32,192 bases of DNA from a virus (Duplodnaviria > Heunggongvirae > Uroviricota > Caudoviricetes). Numbering within the stretch: position 1 is the stretch's first letter; the number at the start of each line of letters is the position of its first letter. The stretch lies in the IMG/VR virus record IMGVR_UViG_3300025944_000008, one strand, 5' to 3'. Both the position numbers and the translations under genes were made by a program. Under the pieces are notes generated by a model. It worked only from the letters and a program-made list of their open reading frames with translations. It made no database searches and had not been told where the DNA came from. Shown here one piece after another: positions 31,808 through 32,192 of this stretch.

Positions 31808-32192
31808 TGCTTTGCGACTACTGCAGATTCCCCATCTACATCGACCAGCCAACCTTTCAGGGGTCGACAGGAACATCCAAGATGGGTCAAAAGTCAGGTC
31901 AGATGTACCACAGCTCCGACATGGAAAAGCCGGAGACGATCCACCTTTCATGCCTTCCATCGTGGGTCTATAAGAACCAGGAACTCAGAGACGTCATCAG
32001 GAACGAAGTGCTCCTGGAGGTTCGACGTGATGAGATCGACGACCTGAAGCAGATCGCACTATCAGAGGCTGCGGAAGAGCTCCAGTACCTGTGTGCGGCG
32101 TGCGCGAAACATAAGATGCGGCCCGACGACCCGCCTGCAGAGTACGAGTGCTCGAACCTCAAGTGCAGAAGTGGGGCAATGCCAGTCTGCCC
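31807..32192 (+). CDS. Cys-rich putative Zn-binding protein (partial, runs off the window end)
   Basis: Not in the track. TGATG coupling and SD GGAGG; MLCDYCRFPIY...HLSC...CAACAKH...CSNLKC, open to the end of the window. Confidence 0.7.
   Translation, partial: MLCDYCRFPIYIDQPTFQGSTGTSKMGQKSGQMYHSSDMEKPETIHLSCLPSWVYKNQELRDVIRNEVLLEVRRDEIDDLKQIALSEAAEELQYLCAACAKHKMRPDDPPAEYECSNLKCRSGAMPVC

Noticed and set aside
1-32192. tRNA/rRNA genes, CRISPR array, integrase/att site, portal gene, stop-codon reassignment
   Set aside because: No cloverleaf, repeat-spacer array, recombinase or portal signature was recognised. Genes end normally at TAA, TAG and TGA under the standard bacterial code with high coding density.

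Overview
The window is a fragment of a large, GC-rich tailed dsDNA phage genome, probably a jumbo myovirus-like phage. It is not a host chromosome. Most genes are on the minus strand and form two morphogenesis blocks. The head block (1-12032) holds the major capsid protein, a putative decoration protein, scaffold/core-like proteins and a prohead protease carrying an inserted pyrophosphatase-like domain. A terminase large subunit gene and an adjacent endonuclease VII gene lie at 13268-15543. A tightly coupled run of genes at 16740-31048 starts with a ~2090-aa single-chain beta-beta' RNA polymerase, followed by a baseplate spike-like gene, a large head protein, a C39 peptidase, a J-domain protein and an SNF2-like helicase. 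Small plus-strand islands carry an HTH protein, a membrane protein, RNase HII and small acidic or Cys-rich ORFs. The main observations are: (i) the fused, streamlined RNAP; (ii) a recurring K-[TLIVQ]-A-S / F-x-[DE]-E motif in head proteins that also marks enzyme-domain boundaries, suggesting a protease-processed, motif-tagged head cargo system; (iii) a ribosomal protein bL12 C-terminal domain fused into the gene after the capsid gene; (iv) a bipartite motif YAAAA-N16-GATAAG upstream of plus-strand genes at three sites, a candidate phage promoter. No tRNA, rRNA, CRISPR array, integrase or portal gene was recognised. All family calls come from motif recognition by eye; no database search was run.
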